Source of the DNA: Halarcobacter sp.
Lineage (GTDB): Bacteria; Campylobacterota; Campylobacteria; Campylobacterales; Arcobacteraceae
Assembly: GCA_048571215.1 (NCBI GenBank)
Contig: CP182352.1
Coordinates: 3,104,001-3,168,000 of the forward strand
Length of the DNA stretch: 64,000 nt
Direction: 5' to 3'
The position numbers and the translations under genes were made by a program. Positions 62,315 to 64,000 of this stretch are shown piece after piece (within the stretch, counting starts at the first letter, position 1; every line of letters starts with the position of its first letter). Under the pieces are notes generated by a model that saw only the letters and a list, made by a program, of their open reading frames with translations, ran no database searches and was not told where the DNA came from.

Positions 62315-64000
62315 TAAAAAATAGCTCCTTAAAAACGGAACTTCTAATTTCAAGTCTTCTGGTTATAACCATTGGTATCGGTACAATTTTTTATTTTACA
62401 TATCATTATTTAAAAAAAGAGATAGATATATCACAAGAGAAAATATATAATGAAAAGATTGATAATATAATCTATCTTATAAATCAAAAATATGAAACAC
62501 TTTTAAAAACACAAATGGAAAAATCCTATGAGGAGTCATTTAAAAAAGGAACTTTAAATATTGTAGAAAAAGTTTTTGATAAAAATAAGAAAGATATTTT
62601 CCCTTTTATCATAGATGAAAATGGTTTTATAGTGTTACATAGAATATATAATAAACAAAATGCTCATTTATATAAAAATAAAGAAGAGTATAAAAAGGTA
62701 TTAAAAAATAGAAATGGTAATTTTGATATTATAAGGGAAAATGATGGTAGATGGGTTATTTTTAAATATTATGAACCATGGGATTGGATTATAGGTTATA
62801 GGGTTAGTAAGGATGTTAAATATGAACAATTATATATATTTAGAGAGATATTTTTAACTGTATCCCTAATAATTGTTCTTCTGATTTCACTAATTATTAT
62901 ATTGATAGTTAGAAATGTGTTAAAACCTATTGATATGTTAACTACAGTTTCAAAAAGAATTGCATCTGGAAATTTAGATGCAGAGATTAAAGTGACAGGA
63001 GTAAAAGAGTTAAAAATTTTGTCATCAAATTTTGCAAAAATGAGGGACAAGATTGTTGAAGATATTTATCAATTAAAACAGCAAGAGGAAAAAATATTAT
63101 CATTTAATAGTAAACTTCAAGAAGATGTAAAGTTAAGAACAAAAGAGTTAGAAGAAGAAAAAAAAGTTTTTGAAACACTCTTTAATGACTCCTCAGATGG
63201 AATAAGTTTAGCAATTAATGATAAATTTATTGATTGTAATCGAGCACTTTTAAAAATGTTAAAAATTGATGATAAAAAAGAGTTTTTGAGATTAACAATA
63301 GGTGATATATCAGCAAAATTTCAAGCAAATGGAGTAGATTCTAATACATTAGCAAATGAGTATATTAGAAATTGTATAGAAAAAGGTAGTCTAAGGTTTG
63401 AATGGCTTCATAAAAAGAAAAACAAAGAAGAGTTTTGGTGTGAAATTGTATTAACAAGAATTATTATAAATGGTGAGGTTTTAATACATGCAGTGTGGAG
63501 AGATATTCAAGATAAAAAGATGTTAGAAATAGAGCTAGAGAATAAAAATCTTGATTTGCAAGAATCGAACGATGAACTTGAAGTTTCTATTGAAAATCTA
63601 AAAGTAACTCAAAACAAACTTATAGAATCTGAAAAATTAGCTGGGCTTGGTAGTTTGGTCTCAGGAGTTGCTAATGAGATTAGTACCCCAATTACAGTAG
63701 GAGTTACAGGTTCCTCACATTTAGAATATATTTGTGAAGAGCTAAGTTTTAAATATAAAGAGAATTTAATCTCTTCTGAGGAGTTAGAAAACTACCTTAG
63801 AAGTTTAGATGAGCTTGTAAAAGTTATTGTGTCAAATCTGAAAAAAACAGAAAAGATTATAGAAAATTTTAAACAAGTTGCAGTGGATCAAACTAGTGAA
63901 TTAAAAAGAGTTTTTAAAGTTAGTGATTATATACGAGGTATCCTAATTAGTATGGATAGTCAAATAAAAAAACGAAATATAGAGTTTAAAACAGAATGTG
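62311..64000 (+). CDS. Sensor histidine kinase-like protein (Cache, HAMP, PAS, HisKA), partial at the window end; H-box His replaced by Asn
   Basis: Open frame from ATG 62311 (MIKNSSLKTELL...); YEPWDWIIG Cache motif; HAMP; PAS; SEKLAGLGSLVSGVANEISTP. Absent from the ORF track because it has no stop in the window. Confidence 0.85.
   Translation, partial: MIKNSSLKTELLISSLLVITIGIGTIFYFTYHYLKKEIDISQEKIYNEKIDNIIYLINQKYETLLKTQMEKSYEESFKKGTLNIVEKVFDKNKKDIFPFIIDENGFIVLHRIYNKQNAHLYKNKEEYKKVLKNRNGNFDIIRENDGRWVIFKYYEPWDWIIGYRVSKDVKYEQLYIFREIFLTVSLIIVLLISLIIILIVRNVLKPIDMLTTVSKRIASGNLDAEIKVTGVKELKILSSNFAKMRDKIVEDIYQLKQQEEKILSFNSKLQEDVKLRTKELEEEKKVFETLFNDSSDGISLAINDKFIDCNRALLKMLKIDDKKEFLRLTIGDISAKFQANGVDSNTLANEYIRNCIEKGSLRFEWLHKKKNKEEFWCEIVLTRIIINGEVLIHAVWRDIQDKKMLEIELENKNLDLQESNDELEVSIENLKVTQNKLIESEKLAGLGSLVSGVANEISTPITVGVTGSSHLEYICEELSFKYKENLISSEELENYLRSLDELVKVIVSNLKKTEKIIENFKQVAVDQTSELKRVFKVSDYIRGILISMDSQIKKRNIEFKTEC

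Overview
AT-rich chromosomal window from a Campylobacterota bacterium, most likely Arcobacteraceae (judged from gene content and the ruvC<>dnaA-dnaN-gyrB order). It spans the replication origin, a bipartite oriC flanking dnaA with DnaA boxes, DnaA-trios and an AT-rich DUE. Core genes (queF, fqrB, gyrB, dnaN, dnaA, ruvC, purN, glsA, typA) are interspersed with many signalling genes (6 histidine kinases, 2 GGDEF proteins, 1 HD-GYP, 1 class III adenylate cyclase), a two-partner secretion pair, an AbiE-type type IV TA module, a SHP/DHC/cytochrome b cluster, a flavocytochrome c sulfide dehydrogenase pair, and a nine-gene operon built around a divergent heme-copper-oxidase-like protein. The best candidate for an undescribed system is a tight operon of a PLP amino-acid decarboxylase, a dCache hybrid kinase whose pocket looks amine-type, and a REC-GGDEF protein, which has the layout of a self-made amine signal circuit. 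Other highlights: a periplasmic rhodanese paired with a CHASE8 kinase, a TmpA-like flavoprotein, an ERIC-like element after gyrB, a hidden 31-aa membrane peptide with a switchable SD hairpin, and a kinase whose H-box His is replaced by Asn. No rRNA, tRNA, CRISPR array or transposase was seen. All family assignments come from motif recognition by eye, not from database searches.
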